A DNA stretch of 64,000 nt from the human T2T-CHM13v2.0 reference genome, Homo sapiens: NCBI RefSeq assembly GCF_009914755.1, contig NC_060933.1, one strand, 5' to 3'. The position numbers were made by a program, and so were the translations under genes. This document shows positions 26,378-44,194 of the stretch, one piece after another (positions within the stretch are counted from its first letter, which is position 1; each line of letters starts with the position of its first letter). The notes under the pieces were generated by a model, which ran no database searches, was not told the origin of the DNA, and saw nothing but the letters and a program-made list of their open reading frames with translations.

Positions 26378-28075
26378 TTACATTTTCAGTTAGTACACAT
26401 TCCAGGGGAAAAGTGTTATTGACATAAATAATACTTGGAACAAAGTGAAATATACATACACAAATACACACACATTTTTGTTGTTGTTGTTCAGAACCAC
26501 CTTTGAGGAAAAGTCCAATTATCTGTTATGATTGAGATGAAATGAGACATTATTTGTCTTTAAAATTATACTTTTCCATATTCGAAGGGTAACTCCTAGT
26601 TGTAGTATGCCAAGAGGTGGAAAGTTGTGTTTACACCATCCTTGCTCTTTACCAAGTAATAAACTTGCTTTCTGTCTGAGTTGTTCCCCTCTGAAGTCAC
26701 AGTCTCACCTCCACGGACACCCACCCTAAGCTTGTGCTCATTTTGATTACTGCTTCTTCTACAAGGTCACAGCAGTTAACTGTAAGCAAGACATTAAAAA
26801 CGTGAGAATTTTCCTAGAAAGGAGGAGAAGTGGGGAAAAAAAAAAAAAAGGAAATTGTCTCTTCAGTGTGATATTCTCAATAGTGCCGGGCACAGAGTAC
26901 ATGTTCATAACTATTTCTTCAATGAATGAATGAATGAATGAGTGCAGTGGATAAACTACAGGATAGTCTGGAGCAGAGTTACTTGAATGAGTTGGTCTTG
27001 AGTGAGTAGTTAGTGTGTCTGGGTACATGCACGTGTGTATGTTTTGTATAGTTTTGTACACCAAAGATAAAATTATGTGCGCCTTTATTGTCCTTCTGAA
27101 ACAAATGAATGCTATTTTTAATATTAATGTAGCTCCTGTCAATAACATTCTTTAACATCCACATTAGGATTTAGCAGTGATTTCTTGCTGTACTACTCAT
27201 TACACACAAAACACTTCAAGCCATGATTCTATTTTTCTTCTCTTTTTACAGAGAACTGGTGAATATTTACAGGAAACATTACATCTGTTGGCAAGACAAT
27301 ATATTAAGCTTAAAATAGCAAGAATAGCAGGACTAGTAGTCCAAGCAAAGAATTACACAAGATCTGGGTTTGGAATGCACTTTAAGGATAGAGGAGGGGT
27401 GGGGGATTTACTGAAAATAATTTACCCCTCGCCCCAATCTTTGTGCTTCATCGTACTTGAATAAAAACATTAATTCAATCAAAACGTTTTTATACCCCAG
27501 ATTTAAGAAGTAAATAGATCTGTGGTAATGTTTGTGGAATGTATTAGAAGGCCAGCACTTGATTCTCTTTTCAATGTTCCTGAAATAGTTTACATCATCT
27601 GCTAGCCTTTGTGAGACATTTAAGAAACAGAATTTTTTGGTCCAGAATACTGAATGAGACAAACCCTCTGCTGCCAAAGAAAAACTCAACATGGACTTTG
27701 TATGGCAAAAGGTTATCACCATCTGTATTGTATCAAGCCTCCGATTAGCTTGTATAAATATCTGGCAGGAAAGTAAGCTTCCCTTGTCCAGCAACAGTCA
27801 TTAGAATGACAAAAATGCAGGGTTGTGTAATATTGTTCTAACACCCGAGATCCATCACCATTACACAAGACGGCACCCCCACTCCATGTCAGGCTGCAAG
27901 AGAACTGTTTTGAAAAATGGTCTTGAAAGAAAAAGAGAGGTCACAGCAGATCTGGCATGGGGACAGTGTTTGCTCTTGGGCTGCATTAATTAAACTACGT
28001 GCCGATATCATACCAACTGCAACACAACCTTAATTGCAATTACCCATTGTGACCAGCCTTCACTGAAAATACTAA

Positions 28076-28403
<328 letters not shown>

Positions 28404-29484
28404 TAACGTTATCTTTTAAAGAACTTGATCAATCTTGATGAGCCAATAGAAGGAAATATAAATAAATAAATAAATACAATGAACTAATACCTACAATGAC
28501 TATATGACAGCTATTCTCCAAGGGGCAGAAAATTAGTAAATTATGTCAGTGTTTCAATCTGTTTTCCACATATATTGTTTCTGTGTTAAGAAACATTTAG
28601 TCCAAACAACACACCATAAGCTACTTGTAATACTTGACCCTTCAAATTCTAAAATTTCACCACGCTTTGTCTGTTAGTTAATATTTCTAATTTGAATCTC
28701 AGGTGTTCTTCAGTTCAAAGGCTGTTAATGGTTTTATATTTAACATTATTTATGGGAAAAGAATCTATTCTGTTCATTGTTTTCTGGACTTCATATATTC
28801 TAGTATGTTTTCATTTTTATCTCATCCTACTTCCAAGCTTTTCTTCTACACCACTGTTTTGGGTATATGCAGTGTCATTCTCTTCTCTACTTCTAATTGA
28901 GATTGAATCCCGGCATTGCATTTATTTTCCTTATTACAATATTTCTGTCTTTTATACAGTTCTCACTTTATTCTTTTCAGCTTCTCAGCCAGTTTTGTTT
29001 GAATTTTAATCTGTTGTTTATCTTCTCTTTTCTCATCTCCATTTCAAAGTTTTATTAATTCATGTTAAGCACATGTAACCCCTTCCCTCCCTTCCTGCCT
29101 CCCTCCCTCCCTCCCTCTCTCTCTCTCCCTTTCTTTCTTTCTTTCATACGGAATTCTTATACTTTATATCTTACATTCTACCTTTATTTTATTTAGCAGA
29201 AAATTTTCAAAGAAGCCAGATAGAGTTGTGGATTTTTATTCTGCTTTTTCACCATCCATGAATGAAGACATATATTCAGTCATAGTGTTTCCAACAAACA
29301 ATGAACAACTAACTGGGTAAAAGTAAAATGAGTGTTGGAATTTATGGTTGTAAATTTTGCTATCTATTATTATTAATATTATTAAAGCAAGCTGATAACC
29401 CACCCAAATGATCAGTGAAGAGGTTAACCCTCTTATTTGTAACAAATAAGCCACAGCCTGTGTCTGAAAATGGATGGCCTAGAT

Positions 29485-29682
29485 CACCAATCCCCAATAG
29501 AACTTTCTATAATGCTTGACATTATCATTTGTTCTGTTACATACAGTAGCCACATATGGCTATTGAGCACTTGAAATGAGACTATTGCAACTGAGAAATT
29601 GAATTAGTAACTTTGTTTAATTTTAATTAACTTAAATTTAAGTAGACACATGTGGCTAGTGGCTATAATATGGGACAGTGTA
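29485..29682. mobile_element. MER3 (hAT-Charlie MITE)
   Basis: ccaatagaactttct...gtagccacatatggctattgagcacttgaaatg...cacatgtggctagtggcta. Confidence 0.8.
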
Positions 29683-29838
29683 AACCAAGATAGATATATC
29701 CTCATCCCAGGATGAAAAAACACAAAACATCTAGAGAAGGCCTATGAAAATATTCTGTAAATCCAAGATATACAAAATCAACTGAAGCATTTGGAAGAGT
29801 ATGTAATTTAATACTAAAATAAGAAAATAAGAATAATT

Positions 29839-30146
29839 GGCCCGGTGCTGTGGCTCACACCTGTAATCCCAGCACTGAGGCAGGCAGATTGATTGAGCCC
29901 AGGAGTTCAAGACCAGGCTGGGCAACATGGAGAAACCCTGTCTCTACAAAAAAAAAAAAAAAAAAAATTGCAAAAAATAGGCTGGTTATGGTGGTGCACA
30001 CCTGTAGTCCCAGCTACTTGGGTGGCTGAGGTGGGAGAACTACTTGGGCCCAGGAGGTGAATGTTGCAGTAAGTCATGATGGTGCCACTGCACTCCAGCC
30101 TGGGTGACAGAATGAGACCCTGTCTCAAAAAAAAAAAAAAAAAAAG
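29839..30146 (+). mobile_element. AluJ-like
   Basis: Full sense Alu with long middle A run and A tail. Confidence 0.92.
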
Positions 30147-31650
30147 CATAATAAAATGGTGCTTGTATTACTAGGATTTAGAAAGTCAAAACCTCCATAA
30201 AAAACAAGAACTGAAAGCCATAGAAAGAGAATAGGCTAAAATGAAAAGAGAGATGTGTAAGAGAGGAATTTGATAAGAAACTAATGCATGAAAACTCAAA
30301 ATAATGAAAGACAGAGATCCACATTGCTCATAGTGAGATAAAAATGCCAGAAATTCAAATTGATAAAGTTTAGTACAAATTTTAGTGTAGAAAGCTGCTG
30401 ACTAATCTCACATAGCCACAAAATTTTATATAAATACTACCAAACTGAATTCAAATATTAAAAGAAACTTTCTCGTTTATGTGATAAGGCTTATTCCTCA
30501 AATATAAATATATATTAAAATTGGAAAGTCTTTGGCTCCAATGCAACACAATTATTACCCCAATTAAAAGGAAGTAATAATCCAATATGCTGAAAAGACA
30601 TTCAATAAAATTAATTTTTGCTTTGCTTATCAATAAAAATTAGGAATAAAAATATACCTCATTAGTATGATAGATTATCTATCTCAAAACAATAATGGAA
30701 ACCATGTTCAACTATTAGAAAAACAGCAGATTTCCCAAGTAGGTAAGAAATAAATCAGTAGTATTAAGTATTTTCATTATTATTTAAAATCCTTTTGAAC
30801 TTCCTAGCTAACATAATAAGACACAGAACCATAGAAAGTGTTATACTTCTTAAAGCTTCTGCTCCCTCTAAAAAAATCAGAATTAGAAAGAAAACAACAA
30901 ACTGGAAAATATATGTATTATGCTTATCAAATATAGTATTAATGTCTTTAAAATATAAATAATTTTTATAGCTGTCTAAGGAGGAGAAAAGAGAAAAAAT
31001 AACAGAAATACAGTTGAGCATTTTTGACCAAACAAAACAAAGACCAAAAAAAGAAATTGTATTTGCCAGAAAATATGAAAAATGTTTAACTTCATTAATA
31101 CCAAAATAGCATAAGTTTAAAAATAGTAACACTGTTTTTTTTTAACTTCTCAAATGGCCAAGGTTTTCTTTAAATTTCAAAATTGCAAAATACATAGGAA
31201 AACAGATATTTTTGTTGGGAATACCACCTGTCCTGGTAATATTTGGAGGACGGTTTGACAAAGTGATCAAAGCCTTAAAATTTTCACATGATTTGAACTG
31301 AAATTCTACAGCTAAGAATATGTTAAGGAAATAACAATGGATACACACACAAAATGATCAAAAGGATGTATGTGTATCCCAGAATAATTTGCAATAATAA
31401 AAAATTAGAAACAATATAAAGTTCCAACAACAGGACAAGCACACTAGTTAAATAAATTATAGGGTAATCACATAATATTATTACAATGATATTATTGAAC
31501 ACTATTAAATTTAAGAAGTAGGCAACCAAACACAATGATTTCATTACCTATATGTACATGACATTAGTGTGCATGTATGTGGAAATGTACTGTATGTCTG
31601 TTTGTGTATGTATGAGTGTGACTGACTCATACAGTATATAGTCATGTATA

Positions 31651-31994
31651 CACTCATGTACCACATAATGATGTTTTGGTCAATGACAGACCACATATAC
31701 AACCGTGATCTCATAAGATTATAATGCCATATTTTTGCTCTGCCTTTTCTATAGCTATGTTGAAATACACAAATATTTAACATACTGTTACAATTGTCCA
31801 CAGTATTCAGTACTGTAACATACTGTAAGGGCTTATAGCCTAAAAGCAATAGGCTATTCCATATAGCCTAGGTGATTAGTAGGCTATACCACCCAGGTTT
31901 TTGTAAATACAGTCTGTGATATTCACACAATAACAAAATTGCCTAATGATGCTTTTCTCAGAAGGTATCCCCATTGTTAAGCAATGCATGACTG
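31651..31994. mobile_element. Tigger3a/MER7-like TcMar element
   Basis: TIRs cactcatgtaccacataatg / cattgttaagcaatgcatgactg, TA flanks. Confidence 0.85.
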
Positions 31995-32149
31995 TACATC
32001 AAAATGTTGACTGTCTCCTAGTAGTGTCTTTAGGGTTTTTCATTTACTTCTATGTTATAGTTTGTTGTTGTTTGCCATTTCCAAATTTTCTCTTTCATGC
32101 TTCCTTTGGGCAGTATCATGTGAACTCAGAACTTTGAGTCTCACTTACA

Positions 32150-33060
32150 GTCTAATGGCTCCTAAATCAATGTCAAACTCTTCAACTTCCAACGTGAAGT
32201 TCCAGTGGCCCAGTATACACCTCTGTCTGAATGCACCATGAGGCTCCTCAAACTCAACATACCCTCTCCACACACAAATAGGGGTTCCCTCCTCCTGTTT
32301 TCAAGATATATCAAATATCTTTCAAGTCTGAAATCTGGGAGTAATCTATGGTGCCTTCTTTCTGACCTATCACATTTAGTAACCATCCAGATGCGTACAT
32401 TTCCAAGTTATCTATCTAAATCACAATCTAATCGCCCCAGCCATGGTTCAGGAATTTCAGTCTGGCTTCTTGAAAATCAAGAGTTGTTTTAAACATCTGT
32501 AGCTGAAGCTGTTCTTCTTTCGAATCCATTTTCTGACCTGCCATCAAAGTTATCTTTCTGAAATACTGATCTGATTGTCTTTAAACTTCCAATGTTTTCC
32601 CTCCATCTACAAAATAAAATCTAAACTTCTTTACATGTCCTTTTACTATCTAGTGCTAAATAATGCTTCCAACCACAACCCTTACCACACCCTTGCCTCC
32701 TGTCTACCCTCTCCCCAACCCCACTTTTGCACTCGATTTTAGCTACACCAATCCATTTGGAGGTTCTGAAATACACCATGCGTTCTTGATGTTTGCTCTG
32801 CTTGGAAATTCTTAACAACTCTTTCCACCTCCCAATACATCCACCTCTGATTTTTACTAGTTCTTCCAACTTTAGATCAAAGTTTCCTCTTTTTAAACTT
32901 TCCCAAATTCTTCTGCTATGCATAAAATCAGTACCCCCACTCACATTCCATTATATTAACCCCATCGTAATAAATTCTTGTAGGTCTGACTACATCCCAA
33001 GTCGGATGGCAAGATACTCTATGGCAGGAATTGAATCTTATATTCTCACTCTATTGATAA
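32150..33060 (+). mobile_element. L2 fragment
   Basis: ctcaaactcaacat, atctttctgaaatactgatctgatt, ccatctacaaaataaaatctaaactt. Confidence 0.65.
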
Positions 33061-34298
33061 CAAAGATTAACTATGAAGTAAGAGAATGAAAGCAATTGCC
33101 TTAATTTGTACTAGCTATATGTCCACCATGCAGAATAAACTAATACATTCTAGGCCAAAACGTTTTTAGTAAATTCTATCCTGCAATCATGAAATGAAAA
33201 TTCATATAAATATTATATGTAAACTTATTTTACCAGATCCATATTGAGCATCTATCATATACCAGGCACTGTACTAGGGATTTACCAATTGTATTATTTG
33301 ATGACACAACCATTAACTAAAAACAAACAAAATAAGTAAACAAATAGATAAAACAATGACAAAAGCATAAACTGGAAACAGTATTCTGCAGTAATTGAGC
33401 TTTCCTATTTATACTGTAATTTTAAGTCAATCACTGTTAGTATGCTTCATTTATTTTAAGTATTTACTTGGGCTTCATAGACTGAGAGTCTAGAAAGAAA
33501 GAAAAAGGTTGGTTGGCCCTATAACATTTAGGCTATTTATTATAGTCTAGCCTAATCACAGAAGAACCAGAGGGTCAAAGAAGAACTAAGTCTCAAATTT
33601 ATGGTTACGAGGTTTTCCACCCACATACATATTTTAGTTATTAAACATGGATACAAATCATTTTGAAATGGACCCATAGGGACAGTACATCAAATTGGGA
33701 AATGGTACGCACAGGAGTTGATGAGTAGCAGACTTAATTAAAATGGTTTAAAAAAAACATGCAGAAGACCAAACAAATTTCTAATAATGACAAATTCCAC
33801 CATTTGGAATAAAAGCACATAGGGAATAAAGAAAATATGAATAGCAAAAACAAAAAAAAAGTCATCAGAATCCAAATGAAAATTGGAGGCTAAATGACCT
33901 ATCATTCTTAAACAAATGCTAATTTATTACAGGATAAAAAATCAAATTTAATTTTATTATCAATATTGTTATGAGTAACTCTATCATTTCAGTTGACATG
34001 TTAAATTCCTATACAATATGATCAAGTAGCACTTAGCCCAAAAAATCAAAGATATTAGAGAAATTATTCACATGCTAATGTCAAGAGGTCAAAGGAGAAA
34101 GTAAGATAATCTCAAATGGCCCAAGTATTACATATGGTATTTGGACATCAGTGTATGATTCTACAAACAAATTAGGGAAAGAACAGAGAGGTACTTACAT
34201 AATATGACCAAGAGAGCTATCATAAACCAATGACCAAAATCATGCCTGAAGCATTCTTATTAAATTCAAGAACAAGGCAAGAATGCCTCATCACTTTT

Positions 34299-34570
34299 TT
34301 ATTATTATTATTATTTTTGAGATGGAGTTTTGCTCTTGTTGCCTAGGCTGGAGTACAGTGGCGCAATCTTGGCTCACTGCATCCTCTGTGTCCCAGGTTC
34401 AAATGATTCTCACTAACTCAGCCTCCCAAGTAGTTGGGATTACAGGTGCCTGCCACCGCACCCGGCCAATTTTTTTGTATTTTTAGTAGAGATGGGGTTT
34501 CATCATGTAGGCCACGCTGGTCTTGAACTCCTGACCTCAGGTGATCCAACTGCTTCAGTCTCTGAAAGTG
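34299..34570 (-). mobile_element. Slightly 5'-truncated AluS inserted in old L1M
   Basis: 15-bp TSD tgcctcatcactttt (34284-34298, 34569-34583). Confidence 0.9.
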
Positions 34571-37500
34571 CCTCATCACTTTTATGTGAGAAGTTTAGCT
34601 GTTGTAACAAGGCAAGAAATATAAATAAGTGTAAAAGAACTTAATCATGTTTCAGATGAAAGAGAATAAATTGAAAGATAATACTGAGAGGTATTGAGAA
34701 AAATTTATATACAAGAATAACTATTTCAACTGCAAAATTTTGTGGTAACTGACCAGCAATAGGAGATTTCTAAAATTCAATTGTGGTATATCTACATGAA
34801 AAAATATACTTGAAAGGTAATTTTAGAGGAATCTATTATATGGAAAAATTTTCATTACGCAACTTTAAAAACAAAAATTACAGCATGTGCTTTTACTACA
34901 TATGACATATAATTACATATGCCCACACATACATAAAAAGAGTGAGAGACAAAAACTGTAATTATTATTATGTTTTCCTGCTTTATCTAAGCTATTAATT
35001 TGTATATTATTTCCATAATAAGGAAAATAAGCAAAAATTATTTTAGAGAAACATGCAAATAGAAGAAGAAAGTTAGTAAAGACTTTTAATGGTTACCCTT
35101 GAATTAAATTTATTCACAAGTGTGTAAATAAATTTTGCAATTTATAGGGCCTTTGCAAATTTATTTGCCAAATTCACAAAGAATGAGGGCAACCACACTC
35201 TGTTGTGTGGTTGGATAATCACTTAATTAGCTTAAACAAAGATTTACTGGATGTATATAGGAATATTTTTTTCTAACCCGAAAGTAGGGAGAAGAGCTAG
35301 TTCTCAAGAGGGATTGAAACCAGGAACAAGCAAGCCAGTAGAAGCCATGGTGGCTACTTCCTCCAACATTACATTTATTTCCTCTGGAGTTACACAGTAT
35401 GGTGTCTCCACTTCTCTTTGTATATCTTCTTCATTCTCTCTTCCTTACATTGATGAGATTTCTATGGTTCTCTGTGCAGTCTTAACTCTGTAGTACCTGT
35501 CTACTGGTAATAAAACCAAAAAAACACCTACTCTCTCAGGGTTCTTTGTGCCCTAATTCAAATTCCCAGGAAAAAGAATATAAATGAACTATCTCAATCT
35601 CTGGATTGCCACCTGCAATCCAAACAGAAAGGGACAACCCTCATGGGTAGGCAGTGGACTGAAGAGTGGGGGCATGGTCCTCAGTGAAAGTGGCTGTTGA
35701 TTGACTGGACTGCAAAAAATACGAGCTACGAAGAGAAGAAATAATTTAATGCTATGCTTAGGCTTAGCCAGTAGAACAAGTATTTTGGAAATGTATCAGG
35801 TCAAACTGTTCTTCCAAAAGGGCACCAAATGCCAGGATGCATGCATAGAGATTGGGAGAATTCAAGTGTAAAAATATTACTGAGAAAGAAGAAAAATGTG
35901 ATTTATGATTCAAAGCTGTTAGAAAAGAAATAATGTCTTCTTACCAGGTATTTTAATACTTACCATAAAGAAAAAGTTTAGCAGGAATTTAGAACACATG
36001 AAAGACATGGAAAATCTAACCATTACCTTGCAAATACTTAGGCTTCAGCAACAAGCCAACTCTGGAACGCTTGAAAAAGCCAAATATATTTCAAATCAAA
36101 TCTGACACAAGAGGGGTGCAAAGGAGTGGAGGTTGAAGAGAGATTTTTTAAGTTCGTGAACTTACTGTGTACTTTCTTTGTTATAGTTATCTTAAATTCA
36201 TAAAAAAACACATTTAATTTGTAACATTTATTAGCATTCCAAATAAACGACATTTGGAAGTTTGTTTCATTTTTTTTATTTGTTTGTATGATTGACCATA
36301 TGACCACATAAATAAACCAGGATGGAGCAAAATATTCTGTTTCTTATCTTTAAGAAACTGAAATTAAAACCCAAATGATTCAGGGTTGACTTTGATTCAT
36401 AGATCAGAAGATTAATTATCTGTATTTAAATTATCAATCAATGACAGTAGTCATATTTATATACATTATCTTTCAAATGTGTTGACTTTTAAAATTATTT
36501 TGAATAAAATGTAGTCTCTGGTGGATTAAACAATCCTTACAATTCAGTTACATGCTTCCTCTTACAATAGGGGCAGTGTTCTTTAAATATGCACTGGACA
36601 TATAAATGAATCTAGTTTATTACCTACCATACTTGAAGAAAGATTTTAGTAAGCACTGATGATCATGGAGCTAACTGCTATAGCAAGGTTTTGGGGTTTT
36701 GTTTTATTTTGTTTTTCACCTGAAGAAAGTACTAAAATAGTCAAAAGGAATTGGGTTTTTGTTTTCTTTTGTGAAATGGGCAGTGTATGAAAAGAATAGG
36801 AATGTTATGATGCAGGGGAACGCTGAGTAACTCAGATTAGGATAAATTGAATTTAGCTGGAAGACCAAGTCTTGTACTGAGGTTCTGCATATACATTTAC
36901 AAACTTAAGTGTAGGCTGAATGATTATTTGAGAGTAATACTTAAGGTCACTTAGGACTAAAAGAAAATTTGATTTTTGCTTGGGTTACATTTTATTTCAA
37001 TAAAGGGTGTGAGGTGGAGTGTTGACCTTGGATTAAAGGAACCTAAGACTTCAGAAAGCTAGATAAATACAAAGGAAAGAGGCAGATATCTTGCAGCTAA
37101 AAGATATGATCTCCTACTGCCTCAGTGGCTTGGTCTCTGCAAGGACTGGTAGAAATATCTGTTAAAGTATATGAGGCAGGAGATGCTAGCTGATATGATT
37201 ATATCATGTAAGAATGGCATCTGAGAGAGAGTGAAGTGGGTGTGAGATAAGGGTGGTCAGCTGGGATTATCAGGCAACTTAGAGAGTGCCCATTCAAATG
37301 ACAATCTCCAAACATCCCCTTCTCTTAGTCCTGTATCTGCTCCAACCTGCCTTCCGCTTGGTCATGGACATACCCAAGTCCCTTTCATGGCTGCCGTTTC
37401 TGCCTCCTGACTTTGCAATGAACTTCACTGGTGAGTATGTATCAGTGTGTCTTGCATCTACTAGATCTGACAACATGACATAGAGGTAGTTCTGCATGGT

Positions 37501-37615
37501 GGTTAAGAATTTAGACTTTGGCCCAGACTGCCTGGATTTGAATCCTAGTTCTTCAACCTAACCAGTAGTATCACCTGGTCAAGTTACTTACATTCTCCAT
37601 GGTTCAGTTTCTTCA

Positions 37616-37990
<375 letters not shown>

Positions 37991-39389
37991 CTAAGTAAGA
38001 AAGCTTGCTATTGTGAAGATTTAATAAATTCATATGGGTAAAGTGCTTACAGTGGTGCCTGACAAGTAGTAATCATTCATTATCATATACCATGATTCAT
38101 CCAAGGAACTTTTAACATGTTAGTAGAATACATCTGTCAAGTAGATAAACCAATTACAATGCAACCAACATTTTATGCAGAACAGTGAATGAAAACCAGT
38201 AATCATGCTTATCACTGGTAGGACATGGGATTAGGGAAAACTGTGACTCTATAACCAATAACCACACAACTCCACCTGAGCCAAAAAGTAGGTGGTAATG
38301 CTTTTGGCAGAAGAGCAGAAAAAGAACTATCTGAATCTGTGCAATATTGAGGAGAACATTACAGGAGTGGTTAAAGGGCAGTTGTGACAGTGATATGGAG
38401 AGAGGACATGAATTTAAAAGCCCAGAGCCTACAGATTCTCTTCAGAACTCACTGGATGAGCTTCTCTCTCCAGAGGTGCTGTAAAGTTTACCTCTTTGAT
38501 CACAATTTGTGGGAAAACAGGTAGGAGTCCACATCTGTCTGAGATCCTTCCAAACACTTTATATTGCTCTCTCGGGAAAGTGATCTGAAGGATGAATTTG
38601 CTAAAATTATCCTATCATTTCAAAAGTCAAGCATCCACTGAATAGTCCTTTGAGATGTTACAACTATTTTGTTTCAGTTATTTGCAACAGAAACATTCAG
38701 GAAAACACAATATAATGCTTGATACACTAAAATGAAATGCACTAAAGATATATCCTTTCAAGAATTCTAAAGTTCTAATGAATATCATTTTCTAGGTCTT
38801 GTAGGAGGTACAAAGTCAACTAAGATGTGATCTTTGTCGTAAGCAAGCAGAGGGAAGACAACAAACACCACAAGAGAGTTATAAACCATGTATATACATC
38901 TCTGTAATTTCCTTATCTAATATCTCCCTACAGTATTTCCCCACATTTTGGCAAAATATCAAATTGGTGAATACAAATTAACTCTGAAAAATTCCCACAA
39001 GAACAATACTGCTGTGACTTCAGCCACCTTTGCCTACTAAATTTTGATACTCGGTCTCATTCCATGAAAGAATAGGAGAAAGAGGAAATATTGAAAGAGA
39101 AAAAGTGAAAGGAAATAAAGAAAAAGGCATTGGTCCTTTCTGTGTTTGTGGACTCTCAAATGCTGGCCCATGTGTGAGTTCTTTGAAGAACACTCCACAT
39201 TTTCTCAGATCCCACTTCCAGTACTGCACCTAGTAATTTCTTACTGCTGGAGTTGTCTGCTTAGCAGGCAATAAAGTGATTTCAGTTGAGTTATTTTCCA
39301 TAGTTCTTCACCTGTGGAAATGTCACATACCCTTGCTTGGCCAAAAGTTGATAGTGCAGGCTGGTCCTCTTAGCCTCCCTTTCAAGCTG

Positions 39390-39826
39390 CCACAGAGGAC
39401 CCTGCTGATGGCCCACCCAGACTTCCTAGACATCCCCTGCCAGCATCTGCATCTCCGCCTGAGGGCTTTCTTGGGTTCCTGGAGATGACTCTGCCTATTT
39501 GCAGGGGACAGAAAAGTGACAGAGAATTATTGCCCTCCAGGGACCAATCCTTGGCAGTGACTGACATGAGGTAGTCTCTAAATACCTGAGACCTATCACC
39601 CTTAAGCTGCGATACTTCTAAGGCCTGAATTCTACACTGGCTCCCAGTGTTCCCTAGTGGAATTAAGAACAACAACTGTTTTATGGTGCTGTTGGCTAGC
39701 TTCCTTTCCTTGTCTCATTTCCCCACTCTCACATCAATATTTACTAGGACCACCTCCCAGATAAGCTACTTACACTACAAACTTCATCTTAGGTTGTGCT
39801 TCTGGCAGAGCCTAGATGGAAACATC
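39390..39826 (+). mobile_element. LTR16-like (ERVL) solo LTR
   Basis: cctgagggctttct...ctacactggctcccag.gttccc.agtggaattaag...cacctcccagataagctactt. Confidence 0.7.
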
Positions 39827-40357
39827 AGATGTGTCTCCAGCTCACTTCTTCTTCCATAAGTAGGCACAGGGGCAAATCAAGGCTCCCGCTCAAGTTCTAA
39901 GAGTGCACATAGTTTATGAAATTGAACTTACATTATTTAGAGAGTTTTATATACTCATGGTAAACACACACAGAGTGTGCGATGAACATTCTTTTATAGG
40001 GAATTTTATCTCAGATTATTTTCTCATGGGAAATTCCTTGATTGGTAAATATTTCGTTTTAGGATTTATACTTTTATTGCAAACATACTGACAATTTACC
40101 ATATTGCTCTGGAAATATGATGCCAGTTTCTTAAATATGTAGATAAATTGTGAATGCTCTATGTTCAGAGAAAAAGGCCTGTGAAGAGGAAGATCTCGAA
40201 TGCACAAGAAAGAAGGGAAAATGCTTGGTGAAAGTTCTACCTTGCTGAGGGAAGGGACCCTTACTCTGACAAATGTAAGAAAATAAGGATGATTACAAAT
40301 GCACAAGTTTATGGGTTGAACTACTGAAAATTTAAGAGTTTATATCGAATAAAATTA

Positions 40358-40726
<369 letters not shown>

Positions 40727-40823
40727 TTAAATTAAATTAGAAAACAAACAAACATACTTGGCATTAGCAACTGGTACATCCTATCTGCTAGTGCTATAGG
40801 ATGGGCAATTTAAAAAATTGAGG

Positions 40824-41090
<267 letters not shown>

Positions 41091-42064
41091 TTTGAGGCTA
41101 TTGGGGCTGTTTCAGAGAAATTAAGAAAAGAGTTCATCAAACTCATGTCCTCAAAATATAGTTTATATACTCTGGCAGTAGCTTACAACTGGGAAAATAT
41201 TTAACTTGGTGTTATTACTTTTTCTTAGTAAACGACTCAATCATGTAATAAGTCCTACTAAGAACTTCCCTTAAATTATTTTTTTCTCTATTTATCTTGT
41301 GGAATTAAATTTTTCCTTAATTAGTTTCAAATTACATTTATTCACATAAAACAAGGTAGCTATCACTATTTCAATAGACATAGTAATTAGAATCTATCTT
41401 CAAGCTTACAGCTTACACATTTAGTACATCTATGAAATAACTATATGCTCTGAACTTGAAAAATCTTTATTGCTTCACCCTTTACAGAAATAAACTATTA
41501 ATTTCTTGAATGACTCTATGAGAAAGACATACAGCAGAGAAGATGAATACTTTAAAAATCTTTTCATAAAGATGGATAGGGGAAAATGCATCTACTGATG
41601 ATTCACATATTGCATTTTCTGAGTGCTATCTTTCATTTCAAGTGAAGCATTGTAACAACATTCATGCTAAACAACAACTCTCACAGAGTTTTTCCTATCC
41701 ACGGCTGACCTCCAAACCAGAGCAGGTTACTGTATGGAAGCGGACTCTGACTCTATGCCGGCAATCCAGTCTTCATATGGTCTGGAGAGATTTAGAGAAC
41801 AGTCTTTAAAATCTATGGGAAATGCAGAGACAATACATAACAGGAAATTCCTTTCAATGTAGACATGTCTTCACCTGGCAGCTTACTAGAGAAAAGATGA
41901 AGAACCATGTTTTCCTGAGAAATGTTCACTTGTATTTATCAAATTAACACTAAAGTATTAATTTTATTTTGTGGTATACAATTTTCCCTGTCTCTATCAG
42001 TATCATCTTTTATTTGTGAGTGAATTTCATATTATTTAGAAGCTTCTGACTTCTGGGAAACTAA

Positions 42065-42403
<339 letters not shown>

Positions 42404-42530
42404 TAAATGAGTTGCTTAGGAACTCTGATAATTTTTACTAAAAGAAGCATCATCTGCCCTAAGGACTAAGGTATTTTCAGTCAAGGCCAGACTCTTTTAT
42501 CTTGATCCTGGCCAGGCCAGTGGCATTTGA

Positions 42531-43290
<760 letters not shown>

Positions 43291-44194
43291 CACTTCATTC
43301 ATTCTAGTTTACATCATCTAGGGGGTTAACACCATCTCAGCCTCTGCCATTGATTGTTCCATGTCAGGCCATGAAATAGCACTCAAGGACCACAGTATGA
43401 AATTCCAAGTGCCAGGCGGGGACTCCAGTGGGCTGAAAGAATACACACCCAGAATTGCTACAATTTGCTAAGAGTAAGCCAAAAAGCCAGATTTTTGAAA
43501 ACATGCTATCTCCTGATTTTAAAATGTGTGATTAAATTATACACACACATACACACACCAAGTGAAATGCACCCTTGGAATGAATATTTTACAGCCATCG
43601 TTTACATTCTCTGGGTTACACTGTTTGGCTTTACATCTTGTGTAACAGTTTAGCAACACTGGACATGGAATCCCCTACTTCTCCTTAGCTTTTGATACCT
43701 ACCTCCAAAGGTAATATAGTAAGATATAGGAAAAGAGGGGCACAAAAAGACCAGGTGATAAATCAGAAGACTGGATAGACTGTCTTTGGCATTTACTTAG
43801 CTATGTGATTTGTGTGTAATTATGGTCATTGTTAAGAGAAACCCTCTCTATGCACATTTGTATCATTAGGTCATTGGTGGAGAATTTTCCTACCCTTTGG
43901 CCACAGCTGTGAGGGAGGACAAAGCAGTTGGCTCTCTCCATGTGTCTAAGCATTCACAGTCTTTGACCAAGCATTTTCATGATGTATTTCAACCAAACAG
44001 AATATAACACTGGCAGCCAATAATAATAAGTGCCTTTAACAGTAGCAGTAGGTACACATTCTTATTACATACCAGTGTCCTATATGCAGGAAATAACAAA
44101 ACTAATAAATAAAATACATGTAGTGCTAGATTAAGAAGAAATTTGAATTCGACATTTAAGAATTATTCACTCTCTCTTCAAATTAAAAATTTTA